Source of the DNA: Thermodesulfobacteriota bacterium
GTDB taxonomy: Bacteria > Desulfobacterota > Desulfobulbia > Desulfobulbales > SURF-16
NCBI GenBank assembly: GCA_039715015.1
Contig: JBDLIE010000008.1
Location: 1-64,000 of the forward strand
DNA: 64,000 nt
Direction of reading: 5' to 3'
The stretch's first letter is position 1; each line of letters begins with the position of its first letter. The notes below the pieces were generated by a model. That model was given only the letters and a program-made list of their open reading frames with translations. It did not search any database and was not told the origin of the DNA. Shown in pieces: positions 1-9,877 of the stretch. A program made the position numbers and the translations under genes.

Positions 1-128
1 GTAGTCCTTGGTATGCACCGGACAACAATCACAATATTAATTCAGGGTTAATTTAATTAACTTTTCAAAATGAATATTGATAACTCTGTTATGCGTTAAG
101 AGTGGGGAGAGAATTTGGAAAATCAAAA

Positions 129-160
129 AAGGGCTTTCAGGCAAAAACCTGAAAACCCTT
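129..160 (-). terminator. Probable intrinsic terminator downstream of tRNA-Leu
   Basis: Inverted repeat AAGGGCTTTCAGG / CCTGAAAACCCTT ending in a T-run on the minus strand, just past the tRNA CCA end. Confidence 0.6.
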
Positions 161-168
161 GATACGAC

Positions 169-255
169 TGGTACCGGAGGTCGGGATCGAACCGACATGG
201 GGTTGCCCCCGCGGGATTTTGAGTCCCGTGCGTCTACCAATTTCACCACTCCGGC
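169..255 (-). tRNA. tRNA-Leu (anticodon CAA)
   Basis: Reverse complement GCCGGAGTGGTGAAATTGGTAGAC...GGGACT-CAA-AATCCC...long variable arm...GGTTCGATCC...CTCCGGTACCA; 87 nt with encoded CCA. Confidence 0.97.
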
Positions 256-361
256 TTTATATGGTTTCTGTGCGTTTAAAACGGACGCAAACGCTGGTCA
301 CTATAGAACAGGACACCTTTTTGTGTCAAGATTTTAGGCTACTTTACCTGGGCTGTTGAGC

Positions 362-919
362 TTAAGCGGCAGGGCTGTACTGTTTGTAAAATTTGAGGAT
401 ATAGTCGGCCCCGGAGAGCAGGGTCAGAGTCAGGGCGACATAGAGGATTGTCCGGCCGATTTCATGAAGATTGGCAATGGGCAGGACTCCCAGGGGAAAC
501 ATCAGAGTGGCCAGAGCGACGATCTGGATAAAGGTCTTCCATTTGCCCAGCTTGCTTGCGGCAATGACAAGGCCGGAGGCCGCCGCCACTCCGCGCAGGC
601 CAGTGACCACCAGCTCCCTTGCCAGGATCAGAAAGGCAACCAGGGCGGACAATCTGCCCATGGGAATGAGCATGATGAGAACAGCGGTGACCATGACTTT
701 GTCGGCCAAAGGGTCCATCAGTTTGCCAAAGGAGGTCTGGACCTCCCAGCGCCTGGCCAGATAGCCGTCAAAATAGTCAGTGATGGCAGCTACCACAAAA
801 AGGGCAAAGCCAACAAGGGCCAGCTTATTTTCGACACCGGGACGCAGGCAGAACAGTAAAAAGGGCACCACCAGGAAGCGGAAGCCGGTGAGAAGGTTTG
901 GGATGGTAGAAAGGCTCAC
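362..919 (-). CDS. pgsA: CDP-diacylglycerol--glycerol-3-phosphate 3-phosphatidyltransferase
   Basis: IPNLLTxxR and CDP-alcohol phosphotransferase motif TDYFDGYLAR...GKLMDPLADK; hydrophobic. Confidence 0.93.
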   Translation of the reverse strand: MSLSTIPNLLTGFRFLVVPFLLFCLRPGVENKLALVGFALFVVAAITDYFDGYLARRWEVQTSFGKLMDPLADKVMVTAVLIMLIPMGRLSALVAFLILARELVVTGLRGVAAASGLVIAASKLGKWKTFIQIVALATLMFPLGVLPIANLHEIGRTILYVALTLTLLSGADYILKFYKQYSPAA

Positions 920-921
920 GG

Positions 922-1521
922 CTAGTTCAGGTAAAGTTTCTTATTTTTATAGCTCTGGTATTTGCGCAGAACAGAGCGAACATAATTCTTGGTTTCGGCA
1001 AAGGGCGGTACGTTTTTGTACTTCTTAACATTGGCAGGGCCGGCGTTATAGGCAGCCAGGGCCAGCTTGATATTACCGCCGAACATGTCAAGCATCCGGC
1101 GCAGATAGCGGCAGCCGCCTTCAATATTCTGGCGGGCATTAAAGCTGTTTTTAACCTGCATGTCACCGGCTGTTGCCGGCATGAGCTGCATGAGTCCTCG
1201 GGCACCCCGGTGGGAGACGGCGTAGCTGTCAAAGTTCGACTCCGCCTCTACCACCGCCTTGATCAGATGGGGATCAAGCTCATATTTTTCTGCCGATTCC
1301 CTGATGAAATAATCATACTCACGGATATCAGCCTGTTTACGGTATTTGCGGAGATAGGCCACGTGATTTTTATCGTTAAAGCGGGAGTCGTAGGGCGCAT
1401 TGGAAAAATGCACCGTGCCTTTGGCATCGATAAAGGTGTAGATATCCGCAGCAGCCGGGCTGGCTGTGACGGCAAGCAGGGCCAGACAGAGGCCTATGTT
1501 GGGGCTGAAATGAGGGCGCAT
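922..1521 (-). CDS. Lytic transglycosylase (SLT domain) with N-terminal DUF4124-like segment
   Basis: Signal peptide; AESNF, GARGLMQLMP, ALAAYNAG and ETKNYV motifs. Confidence 0.9.
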   Translation of the reverse strand: MRPHFSPNIGLCLALLAVTASPAAADIYTFIDAKGTVHFSNAPYDSRFNDKNHVAYLRKYRKQADIREYDYFIRESAEKYELDPHLIKAVVEAESNFDSYAVSHRGARGLMQLMPATAGDMQVKNSFNARQNIEGGCRYLRRMLDMFGGNIKLALAAYNAGPANVKKYKNVPPFAETKNYVRSVLRKYQSYKNKKLYLN

Positions 1522-1693
1522 TATCTTTATAGTTTAGTAACTTTAAAAATATCGAGCAAGGGCTGTCATGCAGTTTGCAGACAACCCTGCGTTTCTCTTA
1601 ATAAAAAAAATATTGATGCGCAGTGGTTCACCAAAAAGCAATCAGGCAGATTGTTTTACATCTCACAGCCCTGAAAGGGTACAAAAAAGAGAT

Positions 1694-2338
1694 TTATTTC
1701 TGACGTTTTTCCCAGTCCTTGAGAAAACTCTCAATGCCGAGATCGGTGAGCGGGTGCTTGGCCAGCTGGGCAATGACCTTAAAGGGGATGGTGGCAATAT
1801 CGGCACCAATAAGGGCTGAATCCATAACATGCATGGGGCTGCGAACACTGGCGACAATGACCTCTGACTGGTAGCCGTAATTATCATAGATGGCCATGAT
1901 GTCGCTGATCAGGTCCATGCCGGTCTGGGCGATGTCATCAAGGCGGCCAACAAAGGGACTGACATAGGCGGCACCGGCCTTGGCGGCCAACAGGGCTTGG
2001 GCAGTGGAGAAAACCAGGGTGACGTTGGTCTTGATGCCTTCAGCGCTGAAGGCCTTAGTGGCCTTGAGTCCATCGGTGGTCATGGGAACCTTGATGACGA
2101 TATTGTCGCTGATCTTGGCGAGTTCGCGGCCTTCCTTGAGCATCCCTTCGCTATCCAGGGCAACTACCTCGGCGCTGATTGGGCCGTCTACGATTTTTGA
2201 GATCTCGCGAAGGATCTCTTCAAACGGCTTGTTCTCCCTGGCGACCAGGGAGGGATTGGTGGTGACCCCATCTACCATGCCCATATCCAGGGCCTTTTGG
2301 ATCTCATCAATGTTTGCGGTATCTATGAAAAATTTCAT
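1694..2338 (-). CDS. tal: Transaldolase / fructose-6-phosphate aldolase family (short form)
   Basis: [35 protein letters not shown]; 214 aa. Confidence 0.92.
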   Translation of the reverse strand: MKFFIDTANIDEIQKALDMGMVDGVTTNPSLVARENKPFEEILREISKIVDGPISAEVVALDSEGMLKEGRELAKISDNIVIKVPMTTDGLKATKAFSAEGIKTNVTLVFSTAQALLAAKAGAAYVSPFVGRLDDIAQTGMDLISDIMAIYDNYGYQSEVIVASVRSPMHVMDSALIGADIATIPFKVIAQLAKHPLTDLGIESFLKDWEKRQK

Positions 2339-2601
2339 GACTCACTCCTTTTTTGTTGTTCAGTAAATTTATTCAAGCATTCTTTGCTGCAGAAATAATA
2401 TGTCTTGCCGTCCTTCTCTGTAGAAAGCGATTGACCCTCAGGAACATATGTGTGGCAAATGGGGTCCTCGGCCAGGGTATCCTGGGCCGGAATTTCCGAA
2501 GGCTTTTGGCCTTTGCTCGGCCCCCTTTTTTTGCCGCCAAAGAGGAGACGATAGAGGATGTAGAAGAGGACCGCCAGGATAAGGATCCGGATTGGATGCA
2601 T
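2335..2601 (-). CDS. Small membrane-anchored YHS/TRASH-domain protein
   Basis: N-terminal TM helix; DPICHTYV...YYFCSKEC metal-binding pattern. Confidence 0.8.
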   Translation of the reverse strand: MHPIRILILAVLFYILYRLLFGGKKRGPSKGQKPSEIPAQDTLAEDPICHTYVPEGQSLSTEKDGKTYYFCSKECLNKFTEQQKRSES

Positions 2602-2604
2602 TGC

Positions 2605-3093
2605 CTATCTCCACCTTGTTTTTTCGACTTGATCCGTGCTTTGCAGGGATCTCATCATGTGCCGGGAGGAAAGATCAAGACCAGGATGGATATGATCCGG
2701 GGCGATCTCTGCCAGAGGTGCCAGGACAAAGAGGCGGCTGCTTATCCTTGGGTGGGGCACCTCCAGGTCTTTATCCTGAATAATCTGGTCGTCATAATAG
2801 AGGATGTCAAGGTCAACACTGCGGTCATGGCCAGCGCTGCGGTCCCGGCCCATGGCCCTTTCAAGATCCAGCATGGTGGCCAGTAACTCGTGGGGGGTAA
2901 GGGTTGTTTCCAGAGCCCCCACCGCATTGGTAAACCAGTTGTCGGTGCGTATCCCCACCGGCTCGGTTTTGTAGGGTGAAGACAGGCTGAGAAGGGTAAT
3001 GCCTTTTGTCTTCCCCAAGCTCTGCCAGGCCTGCTGCAGGTTTTGCCGGCCATCACCAAGGTTGGAGCCTAATCCAATAAATACCAGGGCCAT
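2605..3093 (-). CDS. folK: 2-amino-4-hydroxy-6-hydroxymethyldihydropteridine diphosphokinase
   Basis: IGLGSNLG, RxxDLDIL, VPHP and RLFVLAPLAEI motifs; start chosen at MALVFIG (ORF extends to 3132). Confidence 0.93.
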   Translation of the reverse strand: MALVFIGLGSNLGDGRQNLQQAWQSLGKTKGITLLSLSSPYKTEPVGIRTDNWFTNAVGALETTLTPHELLATMLDLERAMGRDRSAGHDRSVDLDILYYDDQIIQDKDLEVPHPRISSRLFVLAPLAEIAPDHIHPGLDLSSRHMMRSLQSTDQVEKTRWR

Positions 3094-3162
3094 ACTTTTC
3101 ACCCTTAGAAATTGCTGGTTGTTGCTGCCCACCTAGGGCAATGACGTAATTTCTTCTGCTCC

Positions 3163-3292
3163 GTAGGAGCTCACCCCTGTGAGCGATAGGTGCTGGGCCG
3201 GAGGAGGTAAGGGCGCCTGCGCCACTCCGAATAGCCTTGGGGATGGCTCCTGCGGCGTGAATTATTATCGCCTGGTGGGGCCGGGCTCCTAC
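3163..3292. repeat. REP doublet (GTAG-type, inverted pair), locus 1
   Basis: GTAGGAGCTCACCCCTGTGAGCGAT (3163-3187) and, on the minus strand, GTAGGAGCCCGGCCCCACCAGGCGAT (3267-3292). Confidence 0.8.
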
Positions 3293-3305
3293 AAATCGTC
3301 TTATC

Positions 3306-4115
3306 TTACAGGTCGGCCAGTCCTAAGACGTCAAACATGGTGAACATGCCCTCTTTTTTTCCTGCAAGCCAAGCGGCGGCAGCAGCTGCACCACGAGCAA
3401 AATTATCACGGTTATGGGCCCGGTGGGTCAGTTCGATCCGTTCGCCGGGGCCGCAATAATAGATGGTGTGCTCGCCGACGATATCGCCACCACGGATGGT
3501 TTGAATACCAATCTCGCTCTTGGTGCGTTCACCGATAATGCCGTTACGTTCGTAAACCCCTACTTCGGTCAGGTCGCGGTTAACACCCTCGGCAAGCATC
3601 TCTCCCAGGCGTAGGGCTGTGCCGCTGGGAGCGTCTTTTTTCATGTTGTGATGGGCCTCAACTATCTCCATATCATAGTCGTTGCCCAGGATGGAGGCAA
3701 TCTTCTTGGCGATTTTGAACATGACGTTGACACCAACGGCCATATTGGCAGACTGGACAATGGGCATATCAGCGGCCAAGGCGCCAAGCTCATCAAGATT
3801 TTCCTGGCTGAGGCCGGTGGTGCCGATGACCATGCCGGTGTTATGGGCGGCGCAGATCTTGGCAAAGGCCATGGTGGCAGCATGGAAGGTGAAGTCAATG
3901 ACCACATCTCCCTGGTCAATAATCTCTTCAAGGCTGCCGGAGATGGCAACACCCATGGTGCCGAAGCCTCCCACCTCGCCGATATCTTTACCCACGGCAG
4001 GGTTGTCCGGCTGTTCAAAGCCGCCCGCCAGGGTGAGGTTGGGATTCTGGCTTACCATGTAGCCGATACGTTGGCCCATGCGGCCGGCAGCGCCGGCGAT
4101 AATTACCTTTGTCAT
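3306..4115 (-). CDS. dapB: 4-hydroxy-tetrahydrodipicolinate reductase
   Basis: GAAGRMG, VIGTTG, EAHHNMKKDAPSGTA, RGGDIVGEH. Confidence 0.97.
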   Translation of the reverse strand: MTKVIIAGAAGRMGQRIGYMVSQNPNLTLAGGFEQPDNPAVGKDIGEVGGFGTMGVAISGSLEEIIDQGDVVIDFTFHAATMAFAKICAAHNTGMVIGTTGLSQENLDELGALAADMPIVQSANMAVGVNVMFKIAKKIASILGNDYDMEIVEAHHNMKKDAPSGTALRLGEMLAEGVNRDLTEVGVYERNGIIGERTKSEIGIQTIRGGDIVGEHTIYYCGPGERIELTHRAHNRDNFARGAAAAAAWLAGKKEGMFTMFDVLGLADL

Positions 4116-4133
4116 GATTTTTTCCTTAGCAAA

Positions 4134-4184
4134 TCAGCCACGCAGTCCACGAAACACAGAGTGTTCCGTGGACTGCGTGGCTGA
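4134..4184. repeat. Long intergenic hairpin between dapA and dapB
   Basis: 24-nt arms TCAGCCACGCAGTCCACG(A/G)AACAC with a 3-nt loop and one mismatch. Confidence 0.75.
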
Positions 4185-4216
4185 CAATAATTTGTACGCC
4201 TGGCAAACCCAGGCTC

Positions 4217-5098
4217 CTAGATCAACCCCTGCGCCTTCAGGACCTCAGTCATCCGTTCCAGGGCATCGGCACCCATCTCCCAAAGGGGCTGGCGGGGGCT
4301 GCCGGATTTGATCTTACCCATGAGTTGCAAGGTCTTTTTAGCTGGCACCGGGTTGGTGTCAAAAAACATGGAGCCCATCAGCGGGAAGAGCTGGTACTGG
4401 ATCTCGCGGGCTTTGGCCACATCACCGGCCAGGGCGGCGTTCATCAGATCAGACATGCCCTTGGGGTTGACGTTGGAGGTCACGGAGATGACACCGGTAC
4501 CGCCCAAGAGGACCAGGGCCATGGAGGTGAAATCATCGCCTGACATCACGGCAAAATTGGAGGGGCAGCGGCTGATCACATCACAGGCCCGGTTCATGTC
4601 GGCCGTGGCCTCTTTGATACCGGCGATATTATCTATCTGGGCACAGCGGGCCACGGTTTCAGCACTCATGTCAATGGAGGTGCGGCTTGGCACATTGTAG
4701 AGGATCATGGGGATGTCCACAGCCTCGGCCACAGACTTAAAATGCTGGTAAAGACCTTCCTGGGAAGGTTTGTTGTAATAAGGAGTGATGACCAGGGCAC
4801 CGTCAGCCCCGGCAGCCTTGGCATGCTTGGTGAGTTCAATGGTCTCGGAGGTGGAGTTGGAACCGGTGCCGGCCAGAACCGGAACGCGGCCCGCCGCGGT
4901 CTCAATGGTGAGTTCCACCACCCGGTGGTGCTCATCATGACTCATGGTAGCTGATTCACCGGTGGTGCCGCAGGGCACGATACCATGGGTGCCGCCGGCG
5001 ATCTGGAATTCGATAAGATCCCTTAAGCCTTGTTCATCCAGCTGACCATCAATAAACGGGGTGACTATGGCGACAAAGGCTCCACGAAAGGGGTTCAT
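4217..5098 (-). CDS. dapA: 4-hydroxy-tetrahydrodipicolinate synthase
   Basis: VTPF, CGTTGES, PYYNKP, LYNVPSRT, GIKEA. Confidence 0.97.
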   Translation of the reverse strand: MNPFRGAFVAIVTPFIDGQLDEQGLRDLIEFQIAGGTHGIVPCGTTGESATMSHDEHHRVVELTIETAAGRVPVLAGTGSNSTSETIELTKHAKAAGADGALVITPYYNKPSQEGLYQHFKSVAEAVDIPMILYNVPSRTSIDMSAETVARCAQIDNIAGIKEATADMNRACDVISRCPSNFAVMSGDDFTSMALVLLGGTGVISVTSNVNPKGMSDLMNAALAGDVAKAREIQYQLFPLMGSMFFDTNPVPAKKTLQLMGKIKSGSPRQPLWEMGADALERMTEVLKAQGLI

Positions 5099-5155
5099 AG
5101 CTCTTCTCCTTAAATTTTCGTTCTATGGGAAAAATAAATTTTTTGTAAATTGTTT

Positions 5156-5992
5156 TTAACGGAGGGCTTCTTTGCTAAGCGCCCCCTCATATATAAAGCT
5201 GGCCGGCCCTTCTAAAAAGACGGCACTCACCTGATTTTTTTCTCGGTCGTCAATATCAAAATAGATGGTGAGAATCTCACCGCCGGAGCTGGTTACAGCC
5301 ACCGGACTTGTCACATGGCCAAGGAGGCCGCCAAGCAGGGCAGCGGCAACAGCGCCGGTGCCACAGGCCATGGTCTCGTCTTCAACGCCGCGCTCGTAGG
5401 TCCGCACCTGCATTGATGAGGGACCTGTCAGCTGGGCAAAATTAACATTGGTACCAGCCGGCTGAAAATGGTCGTGCATCCTGACCTCCCGGCCCCACTC
5501 CTTCACCGGGGTCTGGCCATTGCTTTCTACAAAGTAGACGGCATGGGGCACACCGGTGTTGGAAAACTGGATGGTCCTTTGTTCGCCGCCAAAGTTCAAG
5601 GCCAGCTTTTGCTCTGTATCCAAGGGCGGGGTCATCTCCAGCTTGACCTGGTCGCCGATCACCTCGGCCTTGATCAGACCGGCCACGGTCATAAAGCTCA
5701 TCTGGGCCGGGGCAATATTCTTGCTATGGGCATAGCGGGCTGCACAGCGGGCGCCATTGCCGCACATCTCGGCCCGGGAGCCGTCACCGTTAAAGAACTG
5801 CCACTGGAAATCTGCCCCATCATGATCTTCAATGAGGATCAGGCCATCCGCCCCCACCGAGAACATGCGCTTGCACACCTTGGCGGCAAAGGCGGCAATC
5901 TCGCTCTCTGCTAAAAAAGGCTGGCGGTGGTCAATGATGATGAAGTCATTGCCGGTGCCGCTCATCTTGGTAAAGGGTATTGGAAAATTCAT
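5156..5992 (-). CDS. dapF: Diaminopimelate epimerase
   Basis: FTKMSGTGNDF, EMCGNGARC, ERGVEDETMACGTG. Confidence 0.97.
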   Translation of the reverse strand: MNFPIPFTKMSGTGNDFIIIDHRQPFLAESEIAAFAAKVCKRMFSVGADGLILIEDHDGADFQWQFFNGDGSRAEMCGNGARCAARYAHSKNIAPAQMSFMTVAGLIKAEVIGDQVKLEMTPPLDTEQKLALNFGGEQRTIQFSNTGVPHAVYFVESNGQTPVKEWGREVRMHDHFQPAGTNVNFAQLTGPSSMQVRTYERGVEDETMACGTGAVAAALLGGLLGHVTSPVAVTSSGGEILTIYFDIDDREKNQVSAVFLEGPASFIYEGALSKEALR

Positions 5993-6083
5993 AATTATGG
6001 GCAGAAGTTAAAGAATAACAGAAATAAAGAATGGAATGAATTTGGACTATCCTCCTTTACCTCCTCTAACTTCATTATTCCTT

Positions 6084-7334
6084 TTACTTCTTTTTCTCCG
6101 GAATCATTTCCCCGGCAATCATCATCTCAAGGGTCTCGCGCCTGCGGATAAGATGGGACTCATTGCCGTCCACCAGTACTTCCGCCACCCGAGGCCGGGT
6201 GTTGTAATTGGAGGACATGGTAAAACCGTAGGCCCCGGAACTCATCACCGCCAGCAAATCATCCTGCTTGCTCACCGGGATCTCCTTGTCGCGGGCCAGG
6301 AAATCACCGGTCTCGCAAATGGGACCCACCACATCGCCAAGTTCTCGGCCCTGGCCGCGTTCTTCCACCGGCAGGATGGCGTGAAAGGCATCGTAAAGAC
6401 TGGGGCGGGCCAAATCATTCATGCCTGCGTCAACAATGGTAAACTTCTTGCCGCCCTGCTTGGTGTACAAAACCTTGGTCACCAGGATGCCGGCGTTGCC
6501 CACTATAACCCGTCCCGGTTCCAGGATCAAGGTACAGCCCAGATCGCCCAGTTCCGCCTCCAGGGCCTTGGCATAGTCAAGAGGCGCTGGGGGCTCTTCC
6601 TCATCATAGGTGATGCCCAGGCCGCCGCCCAGGTCAAGATAGTTGATGGTGCAGCCAGCCTCCTTGAGGCGCTGGATGAAATTCTTGACCTTGGTCAGGG
6701 ACTCGACAAAAGGCGAGACGTCGGTGAGTTGGGAGCCGATATGGCAGCTCACCCCCACCACCTCAATATTGGCCATGGCTGCTGCCCGCTTATAGACCGC
6801 CAGGGCGTCGTTAATAGGCACGCCAAACTTGTTTTTGGCAAGGCCGGTGGATATGTAAGCATGGGTCTTGGGGTCGACATCAGGATTGACCCGGAAGGAG
6901 ACCGGGGCCTGAACGCCCATTTCCGCTGCCACATCCTGCAGGGCCTCAAGCTCCTGCTCTGATTCAACATTGAACATGAGAATGCCTGATTCCAGGCCAT
7001 ATTTGAGCTCGGCGCGGCTCTTGCCCACCCCAGAGTAAACAATTTTCTTTGGGTCGACACCAGCCTTCAGGGCCCGAAACAGCTCGCCGCCGGAGACAAT
7101 ATCGGCACCGCCGCCCAAAGAGGCAAAGAGGTTCAAAATGGCGATATTGGAGCAGGCCTTAGTGGCAAAACAGGTGATGTGGGGCACGGAAAAGGAGCCG
7201 TCAAATGCCTGAAAATGCCGACTTAAGGTGGCCTTGCTGTACAGGTAAAAGGGGGTGCCTACCTGGGTGGCAATGTCCTTGATGGCCACTTCTTCACAGT
7301 GGAGCTGGCTGTCTTTATATGCAAAATGGTTCAT
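6084..7334 (-). CDS. lysA: Diaminopimelate decarboxylase
   Basis: FATKAC (PLP Lys), HIGSQ, EPGR, GPICETGD, SSNYN. Confidence 0.97.
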   Translation of the reverse strand: MNHFAYKDSQLHCEEVAIKDIATQVGTPFYLYSKATLSRHFQAFDGSFSVPHITCFATKACSNIAILNLFASLGGGADIVSGGELFRALKAGVDPKKIVYSGVGKSRAELKYGLESGILMFNVESEQELEALQDVAAEMGVQAPVSFRVNPDVDPKTHAYISTGLAKNKFGVPINDALAVYKRAAAMANIEVVGVSCHIGSQLTDVSPFVESLTKVKNFIQRLKEAGCTINYLDLGGGLGITYDEEEPPAPLDYAKALEAELGDLGCTLILEPGRVIVGNAGILVTKVLYTKQGGKKFTIVDAGMNDLARPSLYDAFHAILPVEERGQGRELGDVVGPICETGDFLARDKEIPVSKQDDLLAVMSSGAYGFTMSSNYNTRPRVAEVLVDGNESHLIRRRETLEMMIAGEMIPEKKK

Positions 7335-7363
7335 GGGCGCTTAAATTCTGTTGATAATGGGTT

Positions 7364-8395
7364 CTACGGCTTGGTGTAGGTCACCGGCTGCGATGGTTCC
7401 GATTCATTACGGCGGGCCCCTTTGTCAAAGGCGGTTACCCGGTAGTGATAGGTGCCGGCCGGCAGATCGCTGAGGTCAGCGTAAGTAATGGCGCCGGCGC
7501 TGGTGGTGGCGATCCGTTGCCATGGGCCCTCTGCAGCCTGCCGGTAAATATAATAACCATCTATATCGTTAGCTGTCGAGGTCTGCCAGTGGATTTGCAC
7601 TCCTGCCCGGCGAACAACAGCGACCAGGTTGGCCGGAGGCGCGGGAGGGGTCATGTCAACCGGCATACCGATACTTGTCTTGCTGGCCCTGCCCAGAGTC
7701 ATGATGCTTTTTTCACCAAGTACAGCCCGGACCTGATAAAAATAGGTGCGGTTATTGCTCACTGAGGGATCAATGTAAGAGAGGCCATCCACAGGCAAGC
7801 CCAGGGGGCTGAAGTTTTTATTGTCCAGGCTGCGGTACACCTGGTACTTCAGACCGCTTACCAGGGAGCCGTCAATACGGTAAAGCACTGGTGACCAGGA
7901 CAGGCTAAGGGTGCTGTCGCCGATGTCAATCTGGACATCGGTGGGCGCCACTATGGTATGGTGGCGCCTAAAATTAATAGGGTTGGAGTCCTTACTCAAG
8001 ATACGCCAGCCGGAATTGGATCGTACCATGTAGACATAGTGGTAACCAGCTTTCAGGTCGCTATCACGGAAGGTAACCAGTTTTCCTGCTTCACGTCCGC
8101 GGGCATTCACCTCAAATTCATAATCGTAAACCACCGGACAGCCGCTGCAATAGTCGCCAGCCGGTATCTGGGCCTTGTAAACGATGAAGGTGCGGATGGT
8201 GTCGATGCGGGCGCCGTTTACAGAGAGGCTGGGGTGGGTCCAGGTCAGGGTGACGGCCTGGTCGTCAAGTTGGGAACGCAGGTCGGTAATGGCCTCGGCA
8301 ATGACGGCCTTGGGCGGCACCGGCGGCGTTTTACGGCCACAGCCGCCAACCAGAATGAACGTTGAGATGATAACAAGGGCGACAAGCCGTTTCAT
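7364..8395 (-). CDS. Lipoprotein with fibronectin type III repeats and an LptM/YifL-like N-terminal motif
   Basis: Lipobox VGGC followed by CGRKTPPVPP; about three FN3-like units (LTW...Y...YxYxV, NES). Confidence 0.75.
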   Translation of the reverse strand: MKRLVALVIISTFILVGGCGRKTPPVPPKAVIAEAITDLRSQLDDQAVTLTWTHPSLSVNGARIDTIRTFIVYKAQIPAGDYCSGCPVVYDYEFEVNARGREAGKLVTFRDSDLKAGYHYVYMVRSNSGWRILSKDSNPINFRRHHTIVAPTDVQIDIGDSTLSLSWSPVLYRIDGSLVSGLKYQVYRSLDNKNFSPLGLPVDGLSYIDPSVSNNRTYFYQVRAVLGEKSIMTLGRASKTSIGMPVDMTPPAPPANLVAVVRRAGVQIHWQTSTANDIDGYYIYRQAAEGPWQRIATTSAGAITYADLSDLPAGTYHYRVTAFDKGARRNESEPSQPVTYTKP

Positions 8396-9789
8396 ACCAC
8401 CATACCAAGATCTTGCTCTGCTGCAGCCAAGGCTTCTTCCACCCTTGCAAGACCGGTTCCGCCCAGGGAGAGGCGGCTGTTCACCGAGCCCTGTACTGAG
8501 AGAACATCAAAGACATCATTTTCAATGGTTTCGGAAAATTTTCTCAATTCAGCCAGGGAAAGCTCGGTGAGCTCTTTGCTTTCCTTGATACAATAGGCCA
8601 CGCTCTGGCCGACTATGGAGTGGGCCTGGCGAAAGGGTACGTTTTTGCGGACCAGATAATCGGCCAGGTCAGTGGCGGTCATGTAACCGCCGCCCGCGGT
8701 AAGCTTTTCAAGACGCCCAGTGTAAAAGGTCATATTGGCCAGGAGTTCGGCCATGATGGCCAGGCTTTGGCCCACCGTATCGATGGTGTCAAAGAGGGGC
8801 TCCTTATCCTCCTGCAGGTCACGATTATAGGTCATGGGCAGGCCCTTAAGCAGGGTGAGAAGCCCCATGAGATTGCCCACCACCCGGCCTGACTTGCCCC
8901 TGATAAGTTCTGGAATGTCCGGGTTCTTCTTCTGGGGCATGATGGAGCTGCCGGTGCAAAAGGAATCGGCCAGCTCAATAAATTTAAACTCTTCAGAGCT
9001 CCACAATACCAGCTCTTCTGAGAGGCGGCTGAGGTGGACCTGGATCATGGCGCCGGTGGAGCAGAACTCAACGATAAAATCGCGGTCTGCCACAGTGTCC
9101 ATGGAGTTGGCCGAGACCTTGGGAAAATCAAGCTCGTTGGCAACAAACTCGCGGTCAATGGGCAGGCCAGTGCCAGCCAGGGCAGCAGAACCCAAGGGTA
9201 ATACGTTGATGCGTTTCAGGCCGTCTTCAAGGCGCTGCTTGTCGCGGCCAAACATCTCGTAATAGGCCAGCATGTGATGGGAAATAAGCACTGGCTGGGC
9301 CCGTTGCAGGTGGGTGTAACCAGGCATCACATCCCCGAGATAGGTGCGGGCCAGGCCCACGAAGCTCTTCTGGACGGCGATGAGCAGCTCAATCATCTCG
9401 TAACTGACCTCGCGCATATAGAGACGGGTGTCAAGATTGACCTGGTCGTTACGGCTCCGGGCTGTATGAAGGCGGGCACCGGCAGCACCGATCTTTTCAG
9501 CCAGGGTCTTTTCGATATTCATGTGGATATCTTCCAGCTCAGGCCGAAAGACAAAGGTGCCAGCTTCAATCTCGGCCTGGATTTCGCCAAGGCCTTGAAT
9601 GATCTGGTCCCGTTCTTCATCGGTGATCAGGCCTTGGTGGGCCAGCATCTTGGCATGGGCCATGGAGCCGGCAATATCCTGGCGATAAAGGCGCGAGTCA
9701 TACTGGATGGAGGCGGAAAAGGCCTCTACCGAGGCCGCTGTCTTTTCCGCAAAGCGGCCGCCCCACATTTTTTGGTCTTTTTTTGTCAT
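8392..9789 (-). CDS. argH: Argininosuccinate lyase
   Basis: WGGRF, RSRNDQ, PGYTHLQRAQP, GSSIMPQKKNPD. Confidence 0.98.
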   Translation of the reverse strand: MTKKDQKMWGGRFAEKTAASVEAFSASIQYDSRLYRQDIAGSMAHAKMLAHQGLITDEERDQIIQGLGEIQAEIEAGTFVFRPELEDIHMNIEKTLAEKIGAAGARLHTARSRNDQVNLDTRLYMREVSYEMIELLIAVQKSFVGLARTYLGDVMPGYTHLQRAQPVLISHHMLAYYEMFGRDKQRLEDGLKRINVLPLGSAALAGTGLPIDREFVANELDFPKVSANSMDTVADRDFIVEFCSTGAMIQVHLSRLSEELVLWSSEEFKFIELADSFCTGSSIMPQKKNPDIPELIRGKSGRVVGNLMGLLTLLKGLPMTYNRDLQEDKEPLFDTIDTVGQSLAIMAELLANMTFYTGRLEKLTAGGGYMTATDLADYLVRKNVPFRQAHSIVGQSVAYCIKESKELTELSLAELRKFSETIENDVFDVLSVQGSVNSRLSLGGTGLARVEEALAAAEQDLGMVV

Positions 9790-9807
9790 TATTCGTCGAG
9801 TTTCTTA

Positions 9808-9868
9808 CACCACAAAGGCACCTCAAACACAGAGGTTTACTCTTTGTGCCAGAGGTGCCTTTGTGGTG
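9808..9868. repeat. Long intergenic hairpin between argG and argH
   Basis: Perfect 17-nt arms CACCACAAAGGCACCTC / GAGGTGCCTTTGTGGTG plus an inner partial stem. Confidence 0.75.
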
Positions 9869-9877
9869 CGAAAAAAA

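Noticed and set aside
1..168. Genomic island junction at the tRNA-Leu 3' end
   Set aside because: The flank is AT-rich, but no integrase or duplicated tRNA 3' end is visible and the window ends here, so it cannot be supported.
37..359. Short ORFs overlapping the tRNA
   Set aside because: They are translations of the tRNA-Leu gene and its flanks.
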